Assembly: GCA_041746755.1 (NCBI GenBank)
Contig: JBGTGL010000017.1
Span: 1 to 33,971 of the forward strand
Length of the DNA stretch: 33,971 bases
Direction of reading: 5' to 3'
Origin: Acidimicrobiia bacterium
Lineage (GTDB): Bacteria > Actinomycetota > Acidimicrobiia > Spongiisociales > ZC4RG35
Below, in pieces: positions 15,236 to 24,351 of the stretch; position 1 is the first letter of the stretch; each line of letters begins with the position of its first letter. The translations under genes and the position numbers were made by a program. Under the pieces are notes generated by a model. That model worked only from the letters and a program-made list of their open reading frames with translations. It ran no database searches and had not been told where the DNA came from.

Positions 15236-16816
15236 TCAGGCTTCGTGGACCTGCGTGGCCAGACCGGCTAATCGTCTTCGATTGTCCTCGATGGTGTGGA
15301 GCGGGACAAACGCATTGGCTTCGAGCGCCTCCGATACTTCACGCCGCAAACTTGCCGCCATTTGTTTGCCCTTTTTGCGGCTCGAGATCGACGCCAGGAG
15401 TCGTGCTATCCCCCCGATAAGAAAACTGAACACAGCCGACACGACGAGTAGCGCCAATGGCGTGGGCACGGCTCCGAGAATCGGCAGGTCGAAGGTCTCG
15501 ACCGGAACCCCACCGGGCCCAAAGAGGATGATCAGATACCAGGCCACTGCGAAGGCAAACCCCAGCGTCGCTATCCATTGCAACGGAGAGAGCAACCAAG
15601 TCGACCACCCGGGCAGCTCTTCTAAATCCTTAGCGGTTGCCCTGACTGATTTGTCGATGGCACCCGAAATCGAGGTGCGGATCGCTTCCGGGTCGAACTG
15701 ACTGAGTACCGCGGCGCGGGCGGCCGGTCCTAGCGGTTCGGTGTACCGCAGATATGCAGAACGCACCGGGTTCACCGTCTTCCCGAGATCTCCGCGCCGC
15801 CGCCAATTGAGGAGATACATTTTCGGATCAGCGTGGCGCCGACGGTGGCCACCAACGTATCTGGCCAGGGTTCCAAACCGGCTCAGCAGCGAGCCCGCCC
15901 GGGTGCGTGCCTGCTCCAAGTAGAGATTTTTCAACTGAAGCTCTAATCCTTCAGGATCAACAATCTGCAACGCCGCGGTGGTCGCCTGTTTCACAAAAGC
16001 GGCCATCTCCTCATCGCCCACTCCAACAAAGCCCTCTCTTACACCGGCCGCCGCCGCCAATTCATCGAGACGCTTCCTGACTTCGGCCTGAATGTTCCCA
16101 ACAATCGCCTGCTTGGCATCGGCACCGTGCACCAAATCATCCCGAAACTTGTCTATTCCCTCACCGGTACTGGCGGATAGATGCCTGATCCGCGAGTTTT
16201 GTAGCCCCGACAGTTTGAGACGCTCTGCCAGGTGACTTTCCACAGCCTCGACGTCGTCGTCGTGAATCTGGTCGACCTTGTTAAGTATCACCTCGGCGGG
16301 CCGTCCGCCCCGGGAGACGTCCCGCAAGTAATGGTGGAGCCGCTCGTCGTCGTACTTCTCTGGATCGACCACCCACACGACAACATCGATTCGGGGGAGG
16401 AGGTCGTCAACGAGTCGACGGTGCTCAATTGCGATGCTGTCGATATCGGGCATATCGACAATTGCAACACCGGGAAGAGTCTCGTTGTCCCGGGTGGCCA
16501 CTCGGGTTATATCCAACCACTCCAAGAGAGGTTGCAATTCATCGAGAGCCGACTCGGTTACCCACGCCGTCGCTCGGTCTGTTGTAGGGCGGAGCACCGA
16601 GGCTTCCGAAACAGTCTCGCCAGCGAGCGCATTGAGGATGGACGATTTTCCGACCCCGGTCCCACCGACTAGTGCGACGAGGAAGCTGTTGCCGGTGAAG
16701 CTCACCCGCGTCCGCGCTGACTCGAGCGTCGCTTCGGCCGCGTCAACCTCGAGACCGATCGCTCGGCCCCGAGCGACACCGTCCTCGAGGAGTTCGATCA
16801 GGTCTGCCAGGTTCAT
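15236..16816 (-). CDS. Dynamin-like/YfjP-type membrane GTPase (second gene of pair)
   Basis: G1 GGTGVGKS, G2 LRPTT, G3 DMPD, G4 NKVD, helical stalk and two C-terminal TM segments. Confidence 0.8.
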   Translation of the reverse strand: MNLADLIELLEDGVARGRAIGLEVDAAEATLESARTRVSFTGNSFLVALVGGTGVGKSSILNALAGETVSEASVLRPTTDRATAWVTESALDELQPLLEWLDITRVATRDNETLPGVAIVDMPDIDSIAIEHRRLVDDLLPRIDVVVWVVDPEKYDDERLHHYLRDVSRGGRPAEVILNKVDQIHDDDVEAVESHLAERLKLSGLQNSRIRHLSASTGEGIDKFRDDLVHGADAKQAIVGNIQAEVRKRLDELAAAAGVREGFVGVGDEEMAAFVKQATTAALQIVDPEGLELQLKNLYLEQARTRAGSLLSRFGTLARYVGGHRRRHADPKMYLLNWRRRGDLGKTVNPVRSAYLRYTEPLGPAARAAVLSQFDPEAIRTSISGAIDKSVRATAKDLEELPGWSTWLLSPLQWIATLGFAFAVAWYLIILFGPGGVPVETFDLPILGAVPTPLALLVVSAVFSFLIGGIARLLASISSRKKGKQMAASLRREVSEALEANAFVPLHTIEDNRRRLAGLATQVHEA

Positions 16817-18477
16817 GCAGGATCCTGCAGGCTGAGCTCGAGGCCGATCTGTCGCAGCCTCTCGGCGACGGTTGCCGAGTCGGGAGAGATGGCCAGGGCA
16901 GATTCGAAGCGATCCGCCTCGTCTGTCAGTGCACCGTTAACGATCAGGTTGAGTTTCTCCCGGGAGCTGTCCACGAACCTCTGAACATTGCCTTCCCCAA
17001 AGATCGCCTCGAGGAGTGATTGGTTGACAAGAGCGGTAACCGCAGCGATACCAGCTTCGGCCCCGGTCAGTCCTCCGGTGTGGATGAACACGGCCAGGAT
17101 TGCGCCGGTTCCGACAACGTTGACCCCGAGGCTGGCCACTTTGGCAAAACCGCGAAGGTTCTCCCCCATTTCCGCTATCTCACCCGAAATCCCTGCGGCC
17201 CAGCCGTCCAGAGCGCGGTCCAGACTCCCCGCAAGGCCGTCCGATACCCCCCACAGCAACGGATCCCGTTCCAGGGCAGCCACTCCATATGGGCTCGAAG
17301 CCCACGACGAAGCTGTTTCAGCAGCGGCCTCGTCGGCCTGAGACACCACCAGGGCCACCAGGTCGGAGAAAGCAGAGTCCTGAACCTCCCGGTCTGGTGC
17401 GGCCGGGCCGGGGTTGAATGCCGAGCGAATAACGGCCGCGACCTTGCCGACACCTTCCGAAATCACTCTTGCTACCCGGTTGGCCCCGACATAGTCATGC
17501 CACTCGCGGAGGACTTCTGAACGGAGAAATGTGCCCCGATCGATCCGGTCTTTGATGATTGCGGCATGGCGCTCGTACGCGGCGCCTCGCTTGGCCAAGA
17601 GTTGTAAAGCGCTTTCTGCCTCCCGATCTATCCCCGCCGCCATCTCATCGATTGGTCCCCGGAGGCCAGATAGTGCGCGATCCAAGGCATCCCGGGCAAG
17701 ATTCCGGCGATCCTCATCGTCGGCAGCAAGATGGTCGAGTGCGGAAGTGATGGGTGCGACCGCATTCGCGTCGAGACCGTCGACAGCCTCGTCGAGTTCT
17801 TCCTTGGCGATGCCAACGATCTCGAGGCTATCCCCCAAACCAAGGCCTCCAACTCCGTCGGCGGTTAATAGACGCCGGAAGTCTTCTATGACCAGATCCC
17901 GATCAACTTGATCGCGTGGCAAGCGATTTATCACGAAGAGAAGGGGAACACCCCGTTCCCGGGCTCGCCTGAGCACCGCCCAGGGAACATCATCGGCGTA
18001 TCTGGTGTCGGTGGTCACGTAGACCACCAGGTCAGCTGCTTCAAGAAGGCGACGGGCCAGGGCTCGATTGTCAGCTTCGATACTGTCGAAGTCCGGCGCG
18101 TCTATCAACATCAAACCCTGTCGGCCGCGTTCGTGGCGGGTGATCTCCAGGAGTCCTTCGCCTTCCATGGCTTGCAGCGGCGCCGGGAGGGAGTCTCCGG
18201 GGTGGAGAAGGACCTGACCTGTCATCGTGGTCGGGCGGAGCACCCCGACACGGCTCACATTCGCTCTGGCCAGGGTATTGAACAGACTTGACTTGCCGGC
18301 TCCTGTGGAACCAAGGATGACGACTACCAAGGGGGCGGATAGGTCTTGATGGCGGGGGATGACGTATTCCTCGAGGTGAGCACGTAACGTGCGGGCCCGG
18401 GCCTCCTCGTCCGGTCCAGGGGCATGAATAACCCGCTCGGCGAGCACAGCTGACAGCTCGGAAAGAAGGTCTTGCAT
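16813..18477 (-). CDS. Dynamin-like GTPase (first gene of pair)
   Basis: G1 GSTGAGKS, LRPTT, DAPD, VINR, hydrophobic paddle near the C-terminus. Start ATG 18477 (MQDLL); ATGA-type overlap with the partner. Confidence 0.8.
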   Translation of the reverse strand: MQDLLSELSAVLAERVIHAPGPDEEARARTLRAHLEEYVIPRHQDLSAPLVVVILGSTGAGKSSLFNTLARANVSRVGVLRPTTMTGQVLLHPGDSLPAPLQAMEGEGLLEITRHERGRQGLMLIDAPDFDSIEADNRALARRLLEAADLVVYVTTDTRYADDVPWAVLRRARERGVPLLFVINRLPRDQVDRDLVIEDFRRLLTADGVGGLGLGDSLEIVGIAKEELDEAVDGLDANAVAPITSALDHLAADDEDRRNLARDALDRALSGLRGPIDEMAAGIDREAESALQLLAKRGAAYERHAAIIKDRIDRGTFLRSEVLREWHDYVGANRVARVISEGVGKVAAVIRSAFNPGPAAPDREVQDSAFSDLVALVVSQADEAAAETASSWASSPYGVAALERDPLLWGVSDGLAGSLDRALDGWAAGISGEIAEMGENLRGFAKVASLGVNVVGTGAILAVFIHTGGLTGAEAGIAAVTALVNQSLLEAIFGEGNVQRFVDSSREKLNLIVNGALTDEADRFESALAISPDSATVAERLRQIGLELSLQDPA

Positions 18478-18676
18478 TATCGGCCCATTCCTGAGGAGCG
18501 GGGGGAATTGCAGACGAGAAGCGGGGAGGGGTTGGATGCGACGACAGCCCAATTCTATCGGTTGCCTGGGATGTATCCGGCTGGGCCGTCTTCCCCGGCA
18601 TGTCGCCACAACGATTCAAAGTCCCGGTCGAGCGTGTCGAACCATCCGGGGAGGTAGCCGCGACTTGTCCTAAAAG

Positions 18677-18698
18677 TGTCGGACACCTGCTGTACGGT
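18677..18698 (+). promoter_or_regulatory. PafBC-type (RecA-independent DNA damage) promoter
   Basis: TGTCGG-ACACCTGCTG-TA-CGG-T is an exact match to TGTCGG-N10-TA-N3-T, 7 nt upstream of ATG 18706. Confidence 0.75.
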
Positions 18699-18705
18699 CC
18701 GTTCC

Positions 18706-19194
18706 ATGAGTCAATGGCAGGTTCAAGTAATCAGGAGCGAGAAGCGTCGGCGGACCGTGCAGGCATTGTTGAACGACGGCCTCATCGAGGTGAGGGTTCC
18801 GGCAGGGCTCGATGCCAGCGAGGAGGCGCGCTTGGTCGAGGATATGGTGGCGAAGATAGAACGTAAGCACACGTCTTCGGCAACAAACCTGGTCAACCGA
18901 GCCAGATATCTTGCCCGCAAATACGATCTGCCCGAGGCGGACTCCGTTGCATGGAGTAGCCGTCAGCACACGAGATGGGGTTCTTGCACTCCCGGACAAA
19001 GACGGATCCGCATATCTCAGCGGATCGCCGACGCACCGGGTTGGGTCCTCGACTCGGTCATAGTCCACGAGCTCGCCCATATCGTCGAGCCAAACCACGG
19101 GGCCGCATTCCAGCGGCTCGTGGGCCGGTACGAGTTAACCGAACGGGCCCGTGGCTACCTGATGGCAATGGGTGAAGGGCGCTGGATTCCTTAA
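18706..19194 (+). CDS. YgjP-like (DUF45/M48) zinc metalloprotein
   Basis: VIRSEKRRRTV, RWGSCT, IRIS, VIVHELAH (HExxH), NHGAAF, RARGYL. Confidence 0.88.
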   Translation: MSQWQVQVIRSEKRRRTVQALLNDGLIEVRVPAGLDASEEARLVEDMVAKIERKHTSSATNLVNRARYLARKYDLPEADSVAWSSRQHTRWGSCTPGQRRIRISQRIADAPGWVLDSVIVHELAHIVEPNHGAAFQRLVGRYELTERARGYLMAMGEGRWIP

Positions 19195-19286
19195 CTACAT
19201 CGAGAGTTTGAATCGCACCAAGTGTGACTCACCGCGAAAAGCGCGGTCTTGGCCTGGCCTGGCCTGGCGTGCCGGGAGTGAGTGAC

Positions 19287-20063
19287 CTACTGAGGCGCAG
19301 TCACCGGCGTTCTCCGCCGGTAGACCATCAGCGCAAGGCTATAAGACACGATCAGGATGCCGAGGCTCCATGCCAGGGCAATCCAAATGTCAGGACCGGG
19401 TGTGCCCTCTGTCAGTAGCGAGCGAATCGTCTCGATGATCGGTGTCATCGGCTGGTTTTCTGCGAAGCCCCTCAGCAGCGGCGTCATCGACTGGGTCGGC
19501 ACGAACGACGGGCTGATGAAGATCAGCAGAATCAGGATGTACGCGAAAGCGCCGGCCCCTTCGGGTGTCTTCGCCATCAGGGCGAACAGAATTGCCAACC
19601 ATGTAGTCGCCAGAGTGAACAACACCAGAAGACCACCAAACATCAGCCAACCAGCAGTGCCCGCAGCCGGCCGAAACCCGATCAGTAGCGCCACCAGGAT
19701 CACCAGGAAGCACGAGAAGAGATTGGACAATGTCGACGACAGTGCCTGCCCGCTCAACACCGAAGACGGAGCCAATGGCATTGTCCGGAACCGGCTGATG
19801 ATGCCTTGCTGAAGGTCCATGCTCAGGCGTAGCGCGGCATAGGCTACGCCGCTCGCCACAGTCATGATGATTACTCCAGCTGTGATGAAGTCGACGTATC
19901 CGATGGCACCGGTCTGTGTCCCGAGTGCCCCACCGAAGACGTAAACGAATAGCAGCATCATCGCGATTGGCGTCAATACAACGGTGATGATCGTATCCAT
20001 ACTGCGGGTTGTGTGACGGAGACTTCGTTTTGTCATGGTCCATGTGTCAGTGAGAGCTCGCAT
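19287..20063 (-). CDS. ABC-2 type exporter permease (DrrB-like)
   Basis: LLFVYVFGG, D...GIISRFRTMP, FISPSFVP, FAENQPMT; about 6 TM segments. Confidence 0.9.
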   Translation of the reverse strand: MRALTDTWTMTKRSLRHTTRSMDTIITVVLTPIAMMLLFVYVFGGALGTQTGAIGYVDFITAGVIIMTVASGVAYAALRLSMDLQQGIISRFRTMPLAPSSVLSGQALSSTLSNLFSCFLVILVALLIGFRPAAGTAGWLMFGGLLVLFTLATTWLAILFALMAKTPEGAGAFAYILILLIFISPSFVPTQSMTPLLRGFAENQPMTPIIETIRSLLTEGTPGPDIWIALAWSLGILIVSYSLALMVYRRRTPVTAPQ

Positions 20064-21009
20064 TTTGCTCCTCCTTCTGTTCGCCAACGATCTTGAAAAA
20101 CACGTCGTCCAGGGTCGGGTTCTGCGAGGAGAACCCGGTCGGCTCGATCCCGGTATCTTTCAAACGGATGAACAAGTCGGCTATCTCGGCAACAGATCCG
20201 GTGGTTGCGACGACGAGTTTGGAGTCGGTGAGACTGATCTCGTGCTGGTCGCCGAGAGCTTTCTGCGCCGCTACCAATTGTGCCTCGTCGCCGAATTCGA
20301 GTTGTACGAACCCCGCTGGGACCATCTGTTTGAGCTCATCCGGTGTCCCGCTGGCTGCGATCCGGCCGTCGCGGAGAATCGCAATCTCGTCGGCGAGATG
20401 ATCGGCTTCGTCGAGGTACTGCGTGGTCAGGAAGACTGTCGTCCCGTTTTCGGCCAGCTGGCGGATGGTCACCCACATGTCAGTTCGGCCAATAGGGTCG
20501 AGCCCGGTCGTCGGTTCGTCGAAGAAGATTATGGAAGGATCGCCAACCAGGCTCATGGCGATGTCGAGCCGGCGTCGCATTCCTCCCGAGAAGGTCAGGA
20601 GACGGCGGTCCGCAGACTCAATCAGATCGAACTTGTCGAGCAGGTCTCCCGCCGTCTGTTCGGGATCGGGAATGTGGCGCAACTCACCCATGAGGACCAG
20701 GTTCTCCCTTGCGGTGAGGACGTAATCAACTGCGGCAAACTGTCCGCTGAGACTGATCTGTTCGCGGACCTTGGAGGACTGCGTTGTTACATCGAACCCG
20801 GCGACTTTCGCTGTTCCGCCCTCAGCTCTGATCAGCGTCGTCAGAATGTTGATCGTGGTCGTCTTGCCCGAACCGTTCGCCCCGAGGAGGGCGAAGACGG
20901 TTCCCCGTCGGACGGTGAATGAGACGCCTTGCAGCACCGGTGTTCCTTTGTAGCCCTTTTCGAGGGCTTCCACGTCGATGGCGTTGTCAAGCTTGTTCTC
21001 GGTCATCAT
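20047..21009 (-). CDS. ABC exporter ATP-binding protein (DrrA-like)
   Basis: GANGSGKT, FSGGMRRRLDIA, FFDEPTTGLDP, LTTQYLDEAD, PTLDDVF. Confidence 0.93.
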   Translation of the reverse strand: MMTENKLDNAIDVEALEKGYKGTPVLQGVSFTVRRGTVFALLGANGSGKTTTINILTTLIRAEGGTAKVAGFDVTTQSSKVREQISLSGQFAAVDYVLTARENLVLMGELRHIPDPEQTAGDLLDKFDLIESADRRLLTFSGGMRRRLDIAMSLVGDPSIIFFDEPTTGLDPIGRTDMWVTIRQLAENGTTVFLTTQYLDEADHLADEIAILRDGRIAASGTPDELKQMVPAGFVQLEFGDEAQLVAAQKALGDQHEISLTDSKLVVATTGSVAEIADLFIRLKDTGIEPTGFSSQNPTLDDVFFKIVGEQKEEQNASSH

Positions 21010-21881
21010 TTGTCTTCCTGTCGGTGTTGTGATTCCGAGCGTGCTATCAGGACATCCCCAAACCCGGTTCGGGCTCGGACCTCGACAACCTCGCTCTTTT
21101 TGTCCGGATTTTCTGTGGGGGAGAGGGTGTTGCGCACCTGGCCAAATTTGGTGTTGGCGTCGATCCAGGCTGCCGTACCCTTTTTGATCCCGATGTCGAG
21201 CCCGCCAAAAGCGGTCTCGATGGTCGCTGAGCCCCGGGCAACTTCACCGATTCGGATGTCCCCATTGGAGGTCTTCACTGTGAGATCGCTACCCGCATCC
21301 CCGATCGTGACTTCGCCGTTGGCCGATTTGACCTGCACGACGCCACCAACACTGCCAATCGTCGTCTTTCCGGTGCCATTCTTGACCTCAATCGAACCCA
21401 TCACCGAGCCGATCGTGATGTCGCCAGCAGTCTTGACATCGACGTTCCCTGAAGATTCTTCGAGGATGAATCGTCCCGCGCCTATGTGAACCCGAAGCGT
21501 TCCTGTTTTATCCATTCGAACGCTGCCGGCACCAGTCTTGACGTAAACATCGCCGATGCGGCCGTGGCAACGAATGTCGCCAGCTCCAATGTCGGATCTC
21601 AGTGAAGAGCCTTCGGGAAGTTCCACCGTGACGTCAACAGAACCGCCCCGTCCCCATCCGAGCACGGCGAAGCCACGTGGTTTCGGCCCGGTGATGGAAA
21701 GGGTCCCATTGGAGTGGTCGACGACAATCTTCTGTGCCGCCTCAATGTCTTCACGCCGATCCCGGTCGTTGGGATTTACTGCGATTACGGTGTCGGTGCG
21801 ATCGCTGGCGATCACCTGGACCGTGCCCTGGCTGAACTCGACCGACAGAACAATTGGATGAGGCGTTTCGAAAGATGGCAT
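21006..21881 (-). CDS. DUF4097-family beta-strand repeat protein
   Basis: MPSFETPHPI start, repeated V.VKTG.G.V/I units, C-terminal VEVRARTGFGDVLIAR. Confidence 0.85.
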   Translation of the reverse strand: MPSFETPHPIVLSVEFSQGTVQVIASDRTDTVIAVNPNDRDRREDIEAAQKIVVDHSNGTLSITGPKPRGFAVLGWGRGGSVDVTVELPEGSSLRSDIGAGDIRCHGRIGDVYVKTGAGSVRMDKTGTLRVHIGAGRFILEESSGNVDVKTAGDITIGSVMGSIEVKNGTGKTTIGSVGGVVQVKSANGEVTIGDAGSDLTVKTSNGDIRIGEVARGSATIETAFGGLDIGIKKGTAAWIDANTKFGQVRNTLSPTENPDKKSEVVEVRARTGFGDVLIARSESQHRQEDK

Positions 21882-21922
21882 ATGTGCTCCTGGTTGGTTT
21901 GGGGCGTTGGCGGCGCTGACTT

Positions 21923-22426
21923 TCATTCCACCCACCCGGTATATCGCTGGTTGCCGCTGGGAGCCCGCGACATTTGGGCCTGGGGACCGTCGACAGCGGC
22001 GGCGGCGGTGCGTACCAACCAGGCGTTGAGCGAGAGCCCTTCCCTACGCGCCGATTCCTCAATCCTGGTCTTGAGTCCTTCGGGGAGTCGGAGGTTGAGC
22101 CGCGACGTTTCGCCATCTTCGGGTCCCGGGGTCACATCGATGGGTGCCGCGGTTCGGCCCGAGGCAATCTCATTGGTGACATCGAACGGCAAAGTGACCA
22201 CGAAGTCGGGATCACTTCCGCGCAGCCTCAGTTCCACGGATCCGGGAGCGAGTTCGCTCGTGATCTCGTCGGCGGCTGCGGAGAGGGCCTCCAGGAGCAC
22301 GAGCCGTGCCGCTGATTCAAGCGTCGTTGCAAGTTGATCGACCATGGCCTTGGTTTCTTCCCCGGCCAGATCGGCGGCCGCTGCCAACTGCTGATGGAGC
22401 ACGTTCACGTAGTTTGCTAGATTCAT
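21923..22426 (-). CDS. HicB-like ribbon-helix-helix regulator (actinobacterial, no HicA partner)
   Basis: LESAARLVLLEALSAAADEIT, VELRLRG, and RHH segment RLNLRLPEGLKTRIEESARREGLSLNAWLVR. Confidence 0.8.
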   Translation of the reverse strand: MNLANYVNVLHQQLAAAADLAGEETKAMVDQLATTLESAARLVLLEALSAAADEITSELAPGSVELRLRGSDPDFVVTLPFDVTNEIASGRTAAPIDVTPGPEDGETSRLNLRLPEGLKTRIEESARREGLSLNAWLVRTAAAAVDGPQAQMSRAPSGNQRYTGWVE

Positions 22427-22474
22427 GGCACCAAGTTGGCACCAAGTTGGCACCTTGTCAAGCCAGAATGGCAC
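22426..22474 (-). promoter_or_regulatory. Leaderless promoter overlaid by phased TGGCAC(C) direct repeats (putative RHH operator)
   Basis: TGGCACC at 22426, 22437 and 22448, TGGCAC at 22469. Minus strand TTGACA, 17 nt, CAACTT, 6 nt, ATG. Confidence 0.7.
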
Positions 22475-22528
22475 AATTGATGGACACCGATAGATTCGGG
22501 TTGCTATGGCCGCCGGATCGAGCGCCGC

Positions 22529-24184
22529 ATGGATCTCACCGCCGCCTATCCTCCGCCGGTGCCAGTAACCTTCCCCAATCCAGGCTCGTGGTGGCGCGAG
22601 GCCGTCTTTTATCAGATCTATCCGCTGAGTTTCGCCGACGCAAACGGTGACGGCTTCGGCGACATCGATGGGATAATTTCCCGCCTCGACTATCTATCGT
22701 CGACTCTCGGCGTGGATGCCATCTGGGTATCACCGTTTTTCAAGAGCCCGATGAAGGACTGGGGCTACGACATCTCGGACCACACCGCCGTCGATCCTTT
22801 GTTTGGGGATGTCGGATCGGCCGAAACCCTGATCGAAGAAGCCCACAAGAGGGGTCTCAGGGTGATTTTCGATTACATCATGAATCACACCTCCGACCAG
22901 AATCCCTGGTTTCTCGACTCCCGCTCGTCAAGAGATTCGGCGAAGCGAGATTGGTACGTCTGGGAGGATCCGAAGGACAATGGGATGCCCCCGAACAATT
23001 GGGTGAGCGTCTTCAGCGGCCCCGCCTGGTCGTTGGACGAGGCAACCGGGCAGTACTACCGACATACCTATCTAAGCCACCAACCGGACCTCAACTGGCG
23101 TAATCCCGAGTTGGTCGAGGCGATGTTGGGAGTAGCCCGATTTTGGCTCGACCGGGGTGTGGACGGGTTCCGGGTTGACGCCGCCCACCAAATGATGAAG
23201 GACCCGCTCAATCGTGACAATCCACCGACGCCTCCCGACTACGTCCGGCCGTGGAAGGACATGGGTGAGTATGACGATTTCATTCACCTCTACGATTTGG
23301 GGCATCCAGACGTTCATCCGGCTCATCGCGAACTTCGTAGCGTTCTCGACGAGTATCCCCATCATCCGGTAAGTGTTGGCGAGATCCACATTTTCGACCT
23401 CCCCGAGTGGGCTTCCTACTACGGCGAGGATCTCGACCAACTCCATATGCCCTTCAACTTTCACCTGATGGCCACACAGTGGGACCCGGTACGGATTCGG
23501 GCCACCGTCGAATCGGTGCTGTGGAACGTGCCGATTGGGGCTTGGACCAACTGGACCTTGGGGAATCACGACGAGATCCGACTGGAAACCCGGATCGGAA
23601 GCATCCAGTCCCGGTTGGCGGCCATGCTTCTTCTGACTCTCCGGGGCACGCCCTTTCTCTATTACGGAGACGAGATCGGAATGCCAGACGGTGATATCCC
23701 GGCCGAGTCCCGCAGAGATCCTTGGGGTATCAAGATCTATTTTTTGAGCAGGGACGGAGCGCGGACCCCAATGAGGTGGGATCAGACGAACGACGGTGGG
23801 TTCTCGCCTATTCGTGACGCGGATTCCCCGTGGCTTCCGGTGGGTGGAGATGTCGATTCTGTCAATGTTGCTTCCCAACTCGATGACCCAGAATCCATCC
23901 TCAACCTCTATCGACGCCTCCTTGGGTTCCGGAAGAAATCAGTTGCCTTGCGTCGCGGCTCGTTCCTGGCGCATCCGGTTTCCAATGACCAGGTATTCGC
24001 GTATCGGCGAGAGTCGGATGAAGAGACGATCACCGTTATTTTGAATTTCTCGTCCGAGATGCAGTCTGTACCGATTCGGGCAGGGACGGTGGTGGTGTCG
24101 ACCTTCGACTCAGCCCGCAGCGACCATTTCCGCAAGACCGTGGAACTCGCCGCCAGCGAGGGAATAATCGTTGTCCACCACTGA
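22529..24184 (+). CDS. GH13 alpha-glucosidase/oligo-1,6-glucosidase-like glycosidase
   Basis: WWREAVFYQIYP.SF.D, GYD, NHTS, QPDLNW, GFRVDA (nucleophile), GEI (acid/base), LGNHD, RDGARTPM. Confidence 0.93.
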   Translation: MDLTAAYPPPVPVTFPNPGSWWREAVFYQIYPLSFADANGDGFGDIDGIISRLDYLSSTLGVDAIWVSPFFKSPMKDWGYDISDHTAVDPLFGDVGSAETLIEEAHKRGLRVIFDYIMNHTSDQNPWFLDSRSSRDSAKRDWYVWEDPKDNGMPPNNWVSVFSGPAWSLDEATGQYYRHTYLSHQPDLNWRNPELVEAMLGVARFWLDRGVDGFRVDAAHQMMKDPLNRDNPPTPPDYVRPWKDMGEYDDFIHLYDLGHPDVHPAHRELRSVLDEYPHHPVSVGEIHIFDLPEWASYYGEDLDQLHMPFNFHLMATQWDPVRIRATVESVLWNVPIGAWTNWTLGNHDEIRLETRIGSIQSRLAAMLLLTLRGTPFLYYGDEIGMPDGDIPAESRRDPWGIKIYFLSRDGARTPMRWDQTNDGGFSPIRDADSPWLPVGGDVDSVNVASQLDDPESILNLYRRLLGFRKKSVALRRGSFLAHPVSNDQVFAYRRESDEETITVILNFSSEMQSVPIRAGTVVVSTFDSARSDHFRKTVELAASEGIIVVHH

Positions 24185-24351
24185 GCTGAGATCGCGCGAC
24201 CGGTGGTCTCGTTCTGGTTGGGAGTTTCGTGATGAAAGCCGTGGCGTGACCCGGCACTGTAAATATCTATGCTGATACCTCGCAGTCGTCTCGACGGATC
24301 GGAGTGAAGAGTGGTCAGGCTTTGGACGCGCTGGTTCCCCGTGGATAACTC

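Noticed and set aside
18541-18556. ACGACAGCCCAATT resembling part of the dispersed repeat
   Set aside because: Only about 9 contiguous matches and flanks do not align.
19231-19270. ACCGCG/CGCGGT hairpin and (TGGCC)3 microsatellite between convergent genes
   Set aside because: Short stem without a U tract and only three repeat units; too weak to call a terminator or contingency locus.
21923-22426. HicAB toxin-antitoxin system
   Set aside because: No HicA-like ORF adjacent; neighbours are DUF4097 and an ABC exporter.
22426-22454. Sigma-54 promoter from TGGCAC
   Set aside because: No proper TTGC -12 element; the motif is tandemly repeated and overlies a sigma-70-type promoter, so an operator fits better.
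20035-23878. Long antisense ORFs (20035-20922, 21714-22337, 23072-23878) and similar ones elsewhere such as 6924-7778
   Set aside because: Shadow frames of well-supported genes in GC-rich DNA, with no recognisable motifs.
24340-24348. DnaA-box-like CGTGGATAA
   Set aside because: A single 8/9 match with no cluster or AT-rich unwinding region.
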